In this document: in pieces, positions 37,351-51,228 of the stretch
How positions within the stretch are numbered: position 1 is the stretch's first letter
Layout of the letters: each line of letters begins with the position of its first letter
Source of the DNA: Squalus acanthias
Lineage: Eukaryota
DNA length: 64,000 bases
Reading direction: 5' to 3'
NCBI GenBank assembly: GCA_030390025.1
Contig: CM059432.1
Coordinates: 12,214,001-12,278,000, forward strand
The notes under the pieces: generated by a model
Told to the model about the DNA's origin: nothing
Seen by the model: the letters and a program-made list of their open reading frames with translations, nothing else
Databases searched by the model: none
Program-made: the position numbers and the translations under genes

Positions 37351-40344
37351 ATTATCTGATTCATTGTGAGATCAAAGCCTCAAAATTACTGTGGCCAACA
37401 TTAATGAACTAATGCTAAACATGTTCATATGACATTCCTTTCTCCGATAATATAATGGTTTGTATTAACCTATTTAAAATAGTTTCTTTTATTTGTTCTC
37501 AGCATATGGGGAACATTGGCACGGTGGCATTTAATGTCCATCCTAGTTGCCCGGAGAAGGTGGTGGTGGTGGGGGGGGGGCACCGGAGTGCACAATCACC
37601 CCCGGAAACAACATTTTAATTTGATTTGTTAAGGTCCCTTTTTATTTTGTTTTAAGTTACAGTCCTTATTGTTTGTGCCCCTTTAAAAGGGGGCACATGG
37701 TTGACTTTTAATAGGCAATTGCCTGTGATAAAGAAAGAGTGAGAAGGCGGTGGGGGTCATGAGCGGCCAACCGCGAAAGGGAACTGCAATGAAATGGTCA
37801 GTTTCACTTCCCCCAAGATGTTGGTCAATCATTTGGGTTTTTGCAACAACTCAGCAGCTGTTGATGGTCATTTTCTGCTGTCAGCCAACACATGACCAGA
37901 CTGAGTTGAAATTTCACAATTTGCCATGATGGGTTTTTTGAATTCATAACTTCTGGGGGTACTAGCCCAGGACCATAACCACGAGGCTAATCATAACTCA
38001 GCATTACATCAGAAAGGAGTGTCATACTAATGTGGCCAAAAGCAATTTCCAGGCCGAGTAACAGGATTGTGGTACAGCAAGAAACAAGAGTCAAGGAATA
38101 AGTGAATTATTTTGTTAATAATAGATTACCCAACATACATGATTCACCCCACTGCAGTTTTCAGTCCAGTTTAGTGGGATATATGCTCTCAGATGAAGTA
38201 ATATACAGATCAGAAAATACTTAGCACACATATTATGAAAAGGCTACCACAAAATGCTGCGAAATACACCGAATAAAGAATGTTATTTTTTTTCTGGAGG
38301 GGGTGGGCATGCCTCCAGACCCCTCCCACCAGGGGGAAATAAAAAAAAACAACGACTTTTAAGATAGCCACTGCTGTGCCTGTCCGTTCATAGTCTGGCT
38401 TTGTACCGCTTCACTCAGCATTCATCACACCAGCAGCATGCACGGTGGACGGCGCCAGTTTTACTGGGAGTGTGGAGGAGTGAGCAGTTAACCGCCGCAG
38501 AATTTTTAGGATCAACATTTGATAGGAGCGAACTGGAAAGCATTAAGGAACTTCTCAAAATACGATATAAAAAAAGCTCACCTACACTTCGCACACAGCA
38601 CTGTGTGTTAGTCATTGTAATTAACATTTTTTGCTATTTGTGTCCATTCACCTTTCAATATATTGCATTTTTCTCTTCCATCTAAATTAAATCAAGTGCT
38701 TCCAGAATCAAAGCCAACTCACGCAGTAATCCATTTACCGGCAACAATTCGGGATAAATCGTGATAGGCTGAGATTGGAAAAAAAGGTGACCGAGGTTTT
38801 CAGTGGGAACCGCTGTACACTTTACTTCAAAGATATATCGTAGCATATGTTCCCCTGTACAGAGTTACTTCTAGCTTGGGGGGTGGGGGCGGTCTGTAAT
38901 TGTTCGTGGATTTCTCAATACCCACTTCACCAGCTGACTTGACAGCAGCTCCTGGCCATCTCCATTGGATGTTGTCGATTTGTCTGTCATTCGGAGTCTT
39001 AAATCCAAGAATTTTTCTCCCAAGTCAGAATCCTGCCCTTGTTTTTGGAGTTGGTTTTTGTTTTAAAAAAAACCCAACGTTCCTATTACTTAAGAAAATA
39101 TATTTACTATCAGACCCAAGAACTAATGAAAACTTAATTGTTTTGCTTGTTCTGTGTAGGAAGTTCTATTTAACTGTAACCTGCTCACAGCAGATTCCAC
39201 ATACCCTGAATTTACAATCACAACTCTTAACATTTAAACCGTTCAGTCAGAGAGGGAGATATCCTTACTAATACATTTAGAATGTTGTGATATTTTGACC
39301 AGATTGTAACCCATTTGAAGAGAAAGGCATTTATAATAATAAAAATGGCAATCTTATAATTGAAAGAGGTAGGCAAACATTAGATTGAGGCCCTAGCATT
39401 CCAAAGCGAGGAGGAAGGAAGATCACAGCAACCTTTAACAGCCAAGACTAAAATGGTTTCCATGTTCTTGCAGCAATAAACGTCAACTAATTATTTACAG
39501 GGATATATTGGCACTTTGGCCATCCCATGTAGTGTTTGGATTCAGGACTTTGTGGGACTACTGGTGGCTGCATCTTCTACAGTAGGCCAGAATACAGGAA
39601 GGAGATTTGGGAAAGGGAGAAGTGGTGGCAATGAGCTTGGTGGGTAGCGGGGTAATTGGAGAGCCAGGCAGTGGGAATGAGAAATCCGAGCCCGTATAAG
39701 TACTGTTTAGAGACGCTCGCATCAAAATAAATCTCTCAGAAGGCCGTGGTACACTTTGTAGATGCCAATTATGGTAAGGAGTCATGTTCAGCTTCTAGTA
39801 ATTCACCAGTGCATGGTGAGTATACTCTTTCAAACTCTGTACGGCACCGGGTGTTCCAACATAGCGATGCCTTGAAGAGCCTTCCATAGAGGGTTTCTGT
39901 CAACAGAGAGGTCTATGTATGTGAGCGCCAGAAGGTGGTTGCATTCACGATCAATCTCAATCGGCGAAGAACAAGTATGGCATCTGCTGGAGCTCACCCA
40001 TCGGTGAAACCCGATTGCTCAGGGCTCCTTAAGAGTGGCTGAAGCCTGAGCAAATGAAAGGACTTTTCCAGGAACAGAAAGGAGTGTTACTGGTCTGTAA
40101 CCGTAACACTCGGTGTGTGGACCGCTTCCTTTATCGAGCAAGATAATAATCCCTTCCTTCCACTCCACCGGTACCTTCCCAGAACTTCAAACCTGAACAA
40201 AGACTTGATGCAGTGCTGAGCTGTGGAATGATCTACAAGGCATCGGAATCCCCGACGTCCTCCTGAGACCAATTCAAGATCGACACACTCGTCAAAAATT
40301 AGACAAGTAAATTCTGAACAATATCCTCCATTCACTCCTACTTC

Positions 40345-41312
40345 CCTAACCAAAAAAAGCCCTCAGCATTGCCCTTTCATAGCGCAAGAAACCGTCACCT
40401 CGACATTCCACATCAAGCAAGCCAAGCTTTGAAAGTCTTCTTTTGCGGCGCAGAGGTAAACCATGCCAAAAAACCCTCCAATTTAGGAGTCACGTTCGAT
40501 CGCACCCTGTCATATAGACAGAATCTCCAGAACCTTGGGAAGAAACTAAAGAGCAGGGTCAACTTGATCCAGAAACTCACCGGATCCACATGGGGAGCAG
40601 ATGCTCAAACCCTCCGTACGGCAGCACTCACCCTGGTGTACTCTACAGCGGAGTACTGCTCTCCGGCATGGCTATTGAGTCTGCATGTCAAATCCGTTGA
40701 TGCCCAGCTGAATTCTACCATGAGAATTATCACCGGTACGCTTTTATCGACACCAACACCTTGGCTGCCCGTGCTTGCAAACATCACGCCACCACACCTA
40801 CGCCGTGAATATGCAATCTCCAGAGAACACAACCGCTACACCAGCAAAGACATGCCGATCCAGGCCGACTTGAACCACCTACCACCAATCCCTCTCAAAT
40901 CTAGACGGCCATTTTGGACCGTCGCCGAAGCCCTTCAGCGATCTCCCCTCAGTCTTGATGACCGATGGTGAAATGCTTGGAAGAACTGCGACATACGGAA
41001 TGGATTCCTTATAGAGAACCCCACAGTACAACCTGAAGGATCAAACCTTCCTTGCAAACAGTGGACAACCATCAACCACCTCAGAACCGGTCATGGTAGA
41101 TGCTGCCACCTTCTCCATAGATGGAAGATTAAAGCACCCCATCATGTGACTGTGGAGCTCCTAATCAGACGCTGGAGCACATCATTGAGCACTGCCCTCA
41201 GAGGAAATTCGCAGGCAGCCGACAAGATATCCAGGCTGTTACACCGGAAGCTTTGGCCTGGATATCCGAGTTAGATATTGACATTTGATTTGCTACTACC
41301 ATACGAAAGAAG
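40345..41312 (+). mobile_element. 5'-truncated Vingi/Ingi-group (I superfamily) non-LTR retrotransposon
   Basis: LGVTFDRTLSY...WGADAQTLRTAALTLVYSTAEYCSPAW...WLPVLANITPPHLRR; C-terminal LRTGHGRC...CDCG..QTLEHII..CP zinc knuckle; CATACGAAAGAAGA end. Confidence 0.82.
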
Positions 41313-41704
41313 ATTAAATGTAAGAAAACAAGTTCCTACTTGTGACCACAAAGTGGATACAAAATTATGACAATTTGTAGCAAATTTTAAGCAGTTTTGG
41401 ACCTGTCTCTAAGATAGAATCCAGACTGTAGAGCCAATGTCCGAACACTATTGTGGAACTCTTAACTAGATATATTGCTGCAAACTGAACTCCTACCCCA
41501 TCCCTCTTGCACTCAATTGGTTAGGTTCTGGCTCTGTTGTTCTCCTTAACAAATTTCTACTTGCAAAGGCAGTTTAAAAAAAGTAATTCCATGCAAATGT
41601 TCTTCCCCCATCCTCCCCTTTCCCTGCAGGCACTGACTCCTTCCGCAGGCACTGCTTATCAGCAATTTTAAAAAATGTTCTTCGAATATAGCCGGCACTG
41701 GCAA

Positions 41705-41975
41705 GGCAACAACTTGCAAATATATAGTGCCTTTAACGAAGTAAAATATCCCAAGGCTCTTCACAGGAGTGTAATCAGACAAAAATTGAGACAGAGCCCA
41801 AGGAGGAGGTATTAGGACAGGTCAACGAGGTAGGTTTTAAGAGCATCTTAAAGGAGAGAGAAGTGGAGAGGCAGAGAGCTTTAGGTCGGCAGTTCCAGAG
41901 CTTAGAGCCTAGATGGCTCAAGGCATTGCTGCCAACGGTGGGCCAAAGAAAGTGGGGTATGCACAAGAGATCACG
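41705..41975 (-). mobile_element. L2 LINE 3' end
   Basis: Similar to 46855-47360 and 55085-55380; (CAA)n tail on +. Confidence 0.7.
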
Positions 41976-44900
41976 CAACATCTATTGCCCACCTGTAGCT
42001 GTTCTGAGGACATTCAGAAACAGCCACATAGTGTGGGACTGGAGCCACCTGTAGACCAGACCAGGTTTTTCCTGAAGGACATTGGTGGACCAGTTGGGGT
42101 CTTTACAACAATCCAGCAGCTTTCATGGTCATTTTTTTCTGGTGCCAGCTTACAATTTACCAGATTTATTGAATACAATTTCACAATTTGCCATGGTTTG
42201 AATTTGAACTAACAGCCTCAATGTTTCTAGTCTGGTACCATAACCACAAGGCTTCCCTACTCTAATTTAACAGGACACTGCTTAGTCAATGAGTGGCTGA
42301 CAGGCTTTAACTTCAATTTACTCACGACTTTGCCTGCAGTGGTGAGAAAGTTACATCACCAGTCATCAAGACAACACACTACTAGCAGTCACACAGACTC
42401 AGTCTAAGGTTTCCTGGTTGGCATTATCTTTTTTTATATAGGTTTCGTCAGATAATGGCCATTATGCACATGCAAGTGCATTGGTAGTCTGGTTCAACAG
42501 CGAGGGGAATCAATTTAGCCCAATGCCTTCCTCACCCAACTGACCCACACAATTTCCAGGAGGCGGCACTGGCGTGTGATCAGGATCAAGAATTGTGGCT
42601 ACTTTTCCTTTCCATAACTAAGGTGCACTAAGGCTAACTGTAATTCCTTAATATCACCCTACCTAAGATCAGCTAACGCAACAGAGACTGCTGATTCAAC
42701 CTGGGATGTTCCTGATCTCTAAGTTGCTGAGACACAAGGGAGCATGCAATTTATAAACAGGATTTCTAACTTGTGTTATTTCTACATACTTACTACCTAT
42801 CCTAACTTGTGTACATTCCATATGTTCATTATCAATCTGAAAATGCACTTTTTGGTGCCCTGCTAAAAGTGCTTGCCCAATTCAGAAAGAATTGATATCA
42901 TTATATCTTTGGACATTAACTGTTCACTTTCATACCTTACAAAATTTGAAATTTTCATCACCAAAACTTAGCACATTCAAGATCCTTTCAGAAATACCTA
43001 TATTTTGATCCTTCTATACACGGAGCACTAAGCTCTCTCCTCAAGGGTGGTCCTATTATGATCCTACTGTGGGTGACTTCAACTAATCTCTAAGCAATTA
43101 TTAATTCACAGCATTGAACGGCAAACTTAATAATCCTTTGGAAATTTCATTACAACAGAACTCTGTAAACCCGTTTTACAAAGATTAGTTTTCTGTTTAA
43201 AAAAAATGAGTGCCAAGAATGAAATAAAAGAGAGATTATCCTGGCTGAAGCTAATTGGATGCCCAATCTCCTATACTATCTGATTTCAGATTTAGCGAGG
43301 GACTTCCAGGGGAGTTGGCCCCTGTGCATGTGAGTGAGGGCCATACCTGGCAACTATCGTCTTCCTGGAAGAGTCACAGTTCCTCTATTGCTGCCATATC
43401 GAGAGCCAAAGAGCAAAAGGTCATTCTAGAAACATTAGAATCCCATAGTGCAGGTTTAATTAATCCAACCCATCGAATATTTTTTAAAATATACTCTAGC
43501 GTCAGTATTGACACTTAACCGGATTTCTCTCTCCTCTTGAGCAGTTCAATGAATGCAGTTCAACTGATCCAAAACACCATTTTTAAATAAATGGTAAAGT
43601 GCTTACTTATCCAGCAGAAGATATTTGTTCCACATATTGAAATCTGCATTGATTTTTTTTTTGCCTTTGTGCTCCTCAGGGTTGAGGTGATCAATGATTG
43701 ATGCACAGAACCCCTCTTTCCACTACCATCACGGAGAGGCAGTGTTGAACACTCCCCGATCAGGTACAGCTCCGTCAAATGCACAATTCGGCTTCCTCTA
43801 TTATACCCCAGCAAGTAACTTAAACTCCAAATCAGAACAGCACCATCTAGCCAATTAATTATGTGGATGGTTTCCGGACTGCGAGCCCGTACCCTCTACG
43901 AACTGGGTTACGATTACCCAAACCCATTTCACATAGGATCTTTACCGCTAGCAGAGAGACAGAGACGAGATTTTGATCCCAAAAATCTGTGAATTCCAAG
44001 CCTGGTTCTGGGAGCTGACAGACTGCAGCACCCAGTCCCCCAAAATCTGCTTTAGCTCATTAGCCCCCGAATGTCGCAAAGGCAGGGAAGAGTTTGTGTG
44101 TGCACTGTGAAATGATATTGTAAAGCCATTTATAAATCATTTGTTTAGGAGTTTGTTACACAGGGAGAAAATGTTCCCCTACAGTACATTAGATTGAAAT
44201 AGTACATTTCATATCAATAATTATTTTAGTCAAACACGATTTTGGGGGAAAATTGATTGCAGTCAATAAATAATTAAATTGTCATTTACCCTTAGAAGAG
44301 GTACTGTGGATTTCAAAAATACGAGTTACAATTTCTGTATTTGTTGAGTTTCGGAGTGCAGAGAGAATTATAAATGTTAAGCAAAACGATTTTCATCTCA
44401 TGTCTGTCTTGATTGATCTAACCAGCTCTCAGTTTGAGAATTTCATTTGAAGATGGGAAGACAGCATATATCATCACCTCGATACCAATAAGCACAGTCA
44501 CAAACTGATAGACAATCAGCATGTGCTGCTAGGCTTGCCTCGATATTTTATAGGTAGGCTGTGTTTCTCGGCCATGAGCGTCTCTCCTCGCCGTTCCTAC
44601 TCGTAAGTGTAGCTAGGTTTTGCAATGATAGATGTTAATTAAGCATAGAGAATGTAAAAAATAAAACTCAAAACAGTATTATTCACAGGGGGAGGCGGGG
44701 GGGGGGGGGGAATAGTACACATCAGATCTCCATTTTAAAGTAATATAGAACTAACACTTAACTAGGTTTCTGTTATTGCAACTGTAATTTTTTTTTAACA
44801 TTGTACAAATTGTACAAGTTCTCTCGGACACATGAAAAGTATATACTCACAGAGACATAAAACACCTAGGTATAAAATATGAAGCAGTGTAATAGTTACT

Positions 44901-45060
44901 AAAAAGGACATGCCTTATTGCTACAGCGATTTTTGCTTTTTTTTCGTACTGTACCACAACTTGTTCTGAGAATGTGATTTGCATAAATTATTCAAGTCTG
45001 AGAAATTTTCACACATCTCAAATTCTACAATATTTAAAATAAACTTTTCTAACATATCTC

Positions 45061-45066
45061 TTTATT
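45061..45066 (-). promoter_or_regulatory. candidate polyadenylation signal of GNAL (AATAAA on -)
   Basis: TTTATT on +, ~1.5 kb downstream of the stop within AT-rich repeat-free UTR-like sequence. Confidence 0.35.
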
Positions 45067-46537
45067 AAAAGAGAAATAAAAATGTCATTATGTAATTCTC
45101 TTAGGCCAGACACAAAGGTTTACACCTTAGTTGTTCTTTTTGTTTCCGTTTCTTACTATTTACTTGCACAATAAAAGCTGCAGTTGGTACAAGGATTTAA
45201 GAGCCTATCTAATGGTGCTCACACGTTCACAATGCCTGTGCATTTGTGAAGGTCTATGAATGACCGAAGAATTACCAAACATGTATACTTCTAGCAAAAA
45301 AAACCTTGGTTCCCATAGAAATAATTCCACGTTGCATTTTGGACACTTGGATGGATTCCGATGTGTTAAAGCTGCGAATCCAAAACAAGGCATGATGTTG
45401 CAACATCTCGTCTTGTAAAGGTAAGTGGTTAATTTGCATAATTTATACAGGTTCATTTTTTTTTTACTAAAGAGCATTTTCCTTCTTTATAAACCAGAAA
45501 AAAACCTAATCTCTACAGATAAACTCCCCATCTCCAGCCACTGCTGTAGACAGGGTTTTGACATAAAGCTGTACAGCGCAATCAAACATACTTACATCTT
45601 AGCTCATTTTACAGGTACAGCCATAATCAAGGCACAAAGATCTTCTACAAGTATTTTTTTTTCAATAAAGTTGTACAAAATAATACATTTTACAGTCTGT
45701 ACAAGATAATAATCCAGCAATAAAATAAACAAAAAATAAAAACAAATGTAGGACTATTTGTCCATTCATGATCTAAGCTAAGGGATCATTGTGGACAGCT
45801 TGAACAAACATTAGTGTGTGGTAGTTTTCAGCCTGGATGTAGAGGCCGATGCAGTTCCTGTTCAAGATCTAAGGTGTGGTGAGACTCGACAGCCCCAAGA
45901 CCTCAGAAAATTGCTCCTATTTGTAGGATTTGGACATCCTGCCTCTTCTCTATTTCTTTGCCACAATTGGCTTAAGACGAGGTCCTTTTTTCTTTCAGCT
46001 GACCTGCATTTCTTAATGCTGAAAACTGTGAAACTATTAAATATTGTGGTGCTGCTACATTGTGTGAACTTCCTCAATAGTTTTTTGTTTTAATTACCTG
46101 ATGCAAAAAGTGCATTTTCATCCTAATATATTTTCCCCATCAAGTACTCTCAAGTGTTGTGTTGAAAAGAAACCCACACAGGGAGAGGTCTGAAGGTAGT
46201 GCCATCATGTGCTGCCCAAGGACAGAGACGACCAGACGGTAGAGCTACGAGCCTGCAGGGAGACAGGCCGAGGTGTACTCAGACGTCTGTCAGACACAGA
46301 GGTAGCCAGGGGGCTCAGTGGAACCACAGAGAGGGAAAAGCAGAGTTTCAAAAAAAAAATAGAATGAGATGCACAAAAAAAAGGGAGGAAAATACAGGAA
46401 ATAAGGAATGAAGAAAAAAAAGAGAGTTTAGAGAGCAAAGTTGACACACTTCGCTCGTATTTCTTCCACCCTGTGTGGGCACATTAAGAAAAAGGAACCA
46501 GGGAGTCCAAAAATCAAGAACTCAGGTTGTTTCTCCA

Positions 46538-46735
<198 letters not shown>

Positions 46736-46851
46736 TTACTCAGATACAGGTACGGAAATACAAATGACAGTATATATCCGTTGCAACATTACATGTTTAG
46801 CCTCTTATCCTTCAGCCACAAACACATACAAGCCAGGCTTTACTGCAGCGC

Positions 46852-47500
46852 TACAACAACAACTTGTCGTTATATAGCGCCTTTAACACAGTAAAAAGTC
46901 CCAAGGAGCGTAACCCAACAAAATTTGACACCGAGCCACATAAGGAGATATTAGGACAGGTGACCAAAAGCTTGGTCAAAGAGGTAGGTTTTAAGGAGCG
47001 GCGAAAAGGAGGAAAGAGAGGCGGGAGAGATTTAGGGAGGGAATTCCAGAGCTTAGGGCCCAGGCAGCTGAAGGCACGGCCGGCAATGGTGGAGCGATTA
47101 AAATCGGGGATGTGCAAGAGGTCAGAATTGGAGGAGCACAGAGATCTCGGAGGGATGCGGGGCTGGAGGAGTTTACAGAGATAGGGAGGGGTGAGGCCAT
47201 GGAGGGATTTGAAAGCAAAGTTGAGAATTTTAAAATTGAGTCGTTACCGGACCGGGAGCCAGTGTAGGTCAGTGAGCACAGGGGCGATGGGTGAACGGGT
47301 CTTGGTGCGATTTAGGATACGGGCAGCCGAGTTTTGGATGAGCTCAAGTTTATGGAGGTTGGCAGAGATATTTCATTGATGTGCAGAGTGTTTGATTATT
47401 GCCATAGCCGCACACAATGGTGGAGCAATTAAAATCGGGGATGTGCAAGAGGCCAGGAGAGGAGGAGCGCAGAGCTCTCATAGGGTTGTAGGGCTAGTCA
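46852..47500 (-). mobile_element. L2 LINE 3' region in the last GNAL intron
   Basis: Reverse strand GRAFSCLGPKLWNSLP...FDQAF-type L2 C-terminus with (TTG)n tail. Confidence 0.8.
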
Positions 47501-47806
47501 AATTATACCGTGAACCGTAAGGTCTGTACTACCTATAGTCCACCATCGTACCATTACCAATTAAAATATAAAAGGGACAATAAACGACAAACCAAATTAT
47601 ACCGACTTCCCACAAAAAAAAGTTTCAGGATTAAATTGCAGGGAGTAGGGAAAGCTGTCAGCAAAATCTTGAGGGAAAGGGGAAGGCAAATACCACCTTG
47701 AACTAAAGGGAGAGGCCATGATGTGGAGATGCCGATGTTGGACTGGGGTGGACAAAAGTGAGAAGTCGCACAACACCAGGTTATAGTCCAACAGTTTTAT
47801 TTGAAA

Positions 47807-47844
47807 TCACAAGCTTTCGGAGCGGCTGCTCCTTCGTCAGGTGA
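47807..47844 (-). ncRNA. minimal type I hammerhead ribozyme motif (family B)
   Basis: Reverse strand TCAC-CTGACGA-A-GGAGC(AGCC)GCTCC-GAAA-GC-TT-GTGA. Confidence 0.75.
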
Positions 47845-47940
47845 AGTGAAGGAATACAAATGGGCACAGCATAAATAGTCAGAGATGCACAGGCATTGAT
47901 CTCTGACTATTTATGCTGTGTCCATTTGTATTTCTTCACT

Positions 47941-47978
47941 TCACCTGACGAAGGAGCAGCCGCTCCGAAAGCTCGTGA
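47941..47978 (+). ncRNA. minimal type I hammerhead ribozyme motif (family B)
   Basis: TCAC-CTGACGA-A-GGAGC(AGCC)GCTCC-GAAA-GC-TC-GTGA; stems I and II pair perfectly. Confidence 0.8.
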
Positions 47979-48276
47979 TTTCAAATAAAACTGTTGGACT
48001 ATAACCTGGTGTTGTGCGACTTCTCACTTTTAAAGGGAGAGGAGGGGAGAAGCACGCCAGAGCATTAAAGGGATGTGAAAAGGATGCAAAACTTTGGGTC
48101 ATCACAAGCGGGCATGCAGGGTCCGTGCTCTTGTACTCTGGGCGATGTCCTATGGGCTTTGGCTTTGCTCTTTGGTTTCTGAATTATTAAATAAAATGTA
48201 AAACTCCCCCATCTGGCTCAGCGAGCAGCAGTTTTGTTGCGCAGATTTCTTTCCGACGCTACGTCAATCTCGGTTA

Positions 48277-48414
<138 letters not shown>

Positions 48415-48964
48415 TTAAAAAAAAAAGTTAATTAATGGTTTGCCATCAATCACACCAAGATTCAATGTATTGAAGGACTGAAACATCCATCACCACCGCA
48501 GGGCAGACTCACCCCTGACAGGATTTTGAAGGGCTCCAAAAATGAAATTAATTCAGGCATTGTAAAGCAAAAATTAAATTAAACTTCAGTTGTAGTGCTT
48601 CTTTAAAGCACCTTGGTGGGTAGGGGTGGGGTTTCTAAGATAATGCCACTACATAAATACAAGTTATTATACTGTATTTGCTAACTTTCTATCATTGGAA
48701 ACTGGCTTCAAAGTGGCCATTAGCCCAGAGGGGTTGGATACAGGACAGGAGGTGCGGTAAAACAAAAAGGGTGGATCGGAGAGGGGTGGGCGGGGTAGGA
48801 CTATGGGTCAGAGACAGGCCTGAACGATAATAAATGCATTGGGACAGGCCTGACAGATCAGCATCCGCCAGGAATGAATTCACCTCAAACATTTCTCATC
48901 TTTACACATGTAATCAGAGTATACAAGCAAATAGTTTAGAGAGATCTTATCTACGATAGAGCAG

Positions 48965-49710
48965 AGTGCTTCCTAAATGGTGAAAAGCTAGAAGCAGTGG
49001 CGGTCCAAAGAGACTTGGGGCTCCAGGAACATAAATCATTAAAATGTCATGGACAGGTGCAGAAAATAATAAAGGCGGCTAATGGGATGCTGGCCTTTAT
49101 ATCTAGAGGACTAGAGTACAAGGGGGCACAAGTCATGTTACAGCAGTACAAAACCCTGGTTAGACCACACCTGGAGTACTGGGAGCAGTTCTGGGCACCA
49201 CACCTTAGGAAGGATATACTGGCCTTGGAGAGAGTGCAGCGTAAATTTACCAGAATGATACCTGGACACCAAGGGTTAAATTATGAAGAGAGATTATACG
49301 AAATGGGGTTGCATCCCCTAGAATTTAGAAGGTTAAGGGGGGATTTGATTGAAGTTTACAAGTTATTAAGGGGAACAGATAGGGTCGATAGAGAGAAACT
49401 ATTTCCGCTGGTTGGGGATTCTAGGACTAGGGCACATAACCTAAAAATTAGAGCCAGGCTTTTCAGGAGCGAAGTTAAGAAATACTTCTACACGCAAAGG
49501 GCGGTAGCAGTTTGGAACTCTCTTCCGCAAACGACAATTGATGCTCGATCAATTGTTAAATTTAAATCGGAGATGATAGATTTTTGTTAACCAAAGGTAT
49601 TAAGGGATATGGCAAAGGCGGGTATATGGAGTTAGGTCACAGATCAGCATGATCTCATTGAATGGCGGAACAGGCTCGAGGGGCTGAATGGCCTCCTCCT
49701 GTTCCTATGT
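48965..49710 (+). mobile_element. 5'-truncated CR1 LINE
   Basis: 197-aa RT C-terminal ORF and CR1 tail. Confidence 0.9.
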
Positions 49711-49727
49711 AGGCTCTGCGCAGTTTA

Positions 49728-50021
<294 letters not shown>

Positions 50022-50229
50022 TTACTGGCCGCTGTCCCAAAAACTGTAGCCAGGAGGCCTCCAGCCCCAATCTGCATCCTGAAGGAAACCACTTACCTTC
50101 TGGCTGGCCTCCTGGTGGCCCCCCAGACCCCACTCAGAATGGAGGTTCCCAGCAAGGGAGGCTGCAAAGCCATAAGGCCCGCTTCCGCCAAATTGGTAAT
50201 CCAACAGGGAAATGAGGTTGGCGGCCTCC

Positions 50230-50540
50230 TGCTTGCAAACCTGTGACCTCTACCACCTAGAAGGACAAGGAGCAGCAGGCGCATGGGAGCACCACCACCT
50301 CCCCAGGTTCCTCTCCAAATCAAACACCATCCTGATTTGGGAATATGTCGCCGTTCCTTCATCGTCGCTGGGTCAAAATCCTGGAACTCCCTCCCTAACA
50401 GCACTGTGGGAGGACCTTCACCACACGGGACTGCAGCGGTTCAAGAAGGTGGCTCACCACCACCTTCTCAAGGGCAATTAGGGATGGGCAATAAATGCTG
50501 GCCTTGCCAGAGACGCCCACATCCCATGAACGTATAAAAA
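50230..50540 (+). mobile_element. LINE 3' end repeat (family uncertain; related copies at ~12290-12425, 30245-30280, 37495-37570 on -)
   Basis: SFIVAGSKSWNSLP-type C-terminal motif; several copies in the window. Confidence 0.6.
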
Positions 50541-51066
50541 AACATTTGCTCAGTAAGTGCAAGTATTCCAACTTCCACCCCCTTTAGACAAACTCCCAAG
50601 AAATCCCTGGGCAACAGAAAGCAGGCACAGACTTGGAGTCACCCTTTATCTCCTCTCCTTTGCACCTGGGAACTGAGCATGCCCCTGGTTCACAGAAGAG
50701 GAAAATCCACCCCATTCTCTCCCCTCCATCGAGATTTCTCCCAAGCCATGCAGCACTGACCCAACCCTCAGCACTGATCCACTCCCAGATGATCTCATAG
50801 TACAATGGGCACCAACAACTGTCTGCGTTACCCACCCCACCCCCGCCAAATTATATCATCTTCTACAAAATATCTTGAAGTGAAAAGAAAAGTTGTGTTA
50901 ACAGTGACTCTGAATCTATCTGGTTTTTGAAACAAATTCTGAGCGAGAGCACTGATGAAACTGCTGCCGCTCCACATTTGGCAGTTAGTTCAGTCTGGAG
51001 CTTATCGGAAGCCCATCCTCACCGCCTTGATTCTACACACCGAGTTATCAATCGGAACCGTCCCGC

Positions 51067-51228
51067 TGTGTGTGTGTGTGTGTGTGGGGTCAGTTTGTGA
51101 TAGGTGTTATGTATGTGTATGTGATGTGGAGTGTGTGTGTGTGTGTGTGTGTGTGTGAGTGGGTTGTGGAATGTGTGATGTGTGAGTGTGTGGTGTGTGT
51201 GTGTCTGGGGTGTGTGGAGTGTGTGTGA
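51067..51228. repeat. (TG)n-rich microsatellite
   Basis: Seen directly. Confidence 0.9.

Larger units (their letters stand above)
47716..48030. mobile_element. 315-bp palindromic Penelope-type insertion (inverted pseudo-LTRs) with 12-bp TSD
   Basis: Arms ~47754-47886 and ~47899-48031 are near-perfect reverse complements; TSD TAAAGGGAGAGG at 47704-47715 and 48031-48042. Confidence 0.88.

Noticed and set aside
38401..39271. Short ORFs (38401-38685, 38415-38627, 38900-39271) as a hidden gene
   Set aside because: No recognisable motifs or consistent splice structure; likewise most ORFs under 150 aa in the track are antisense or alternate frames of repeats
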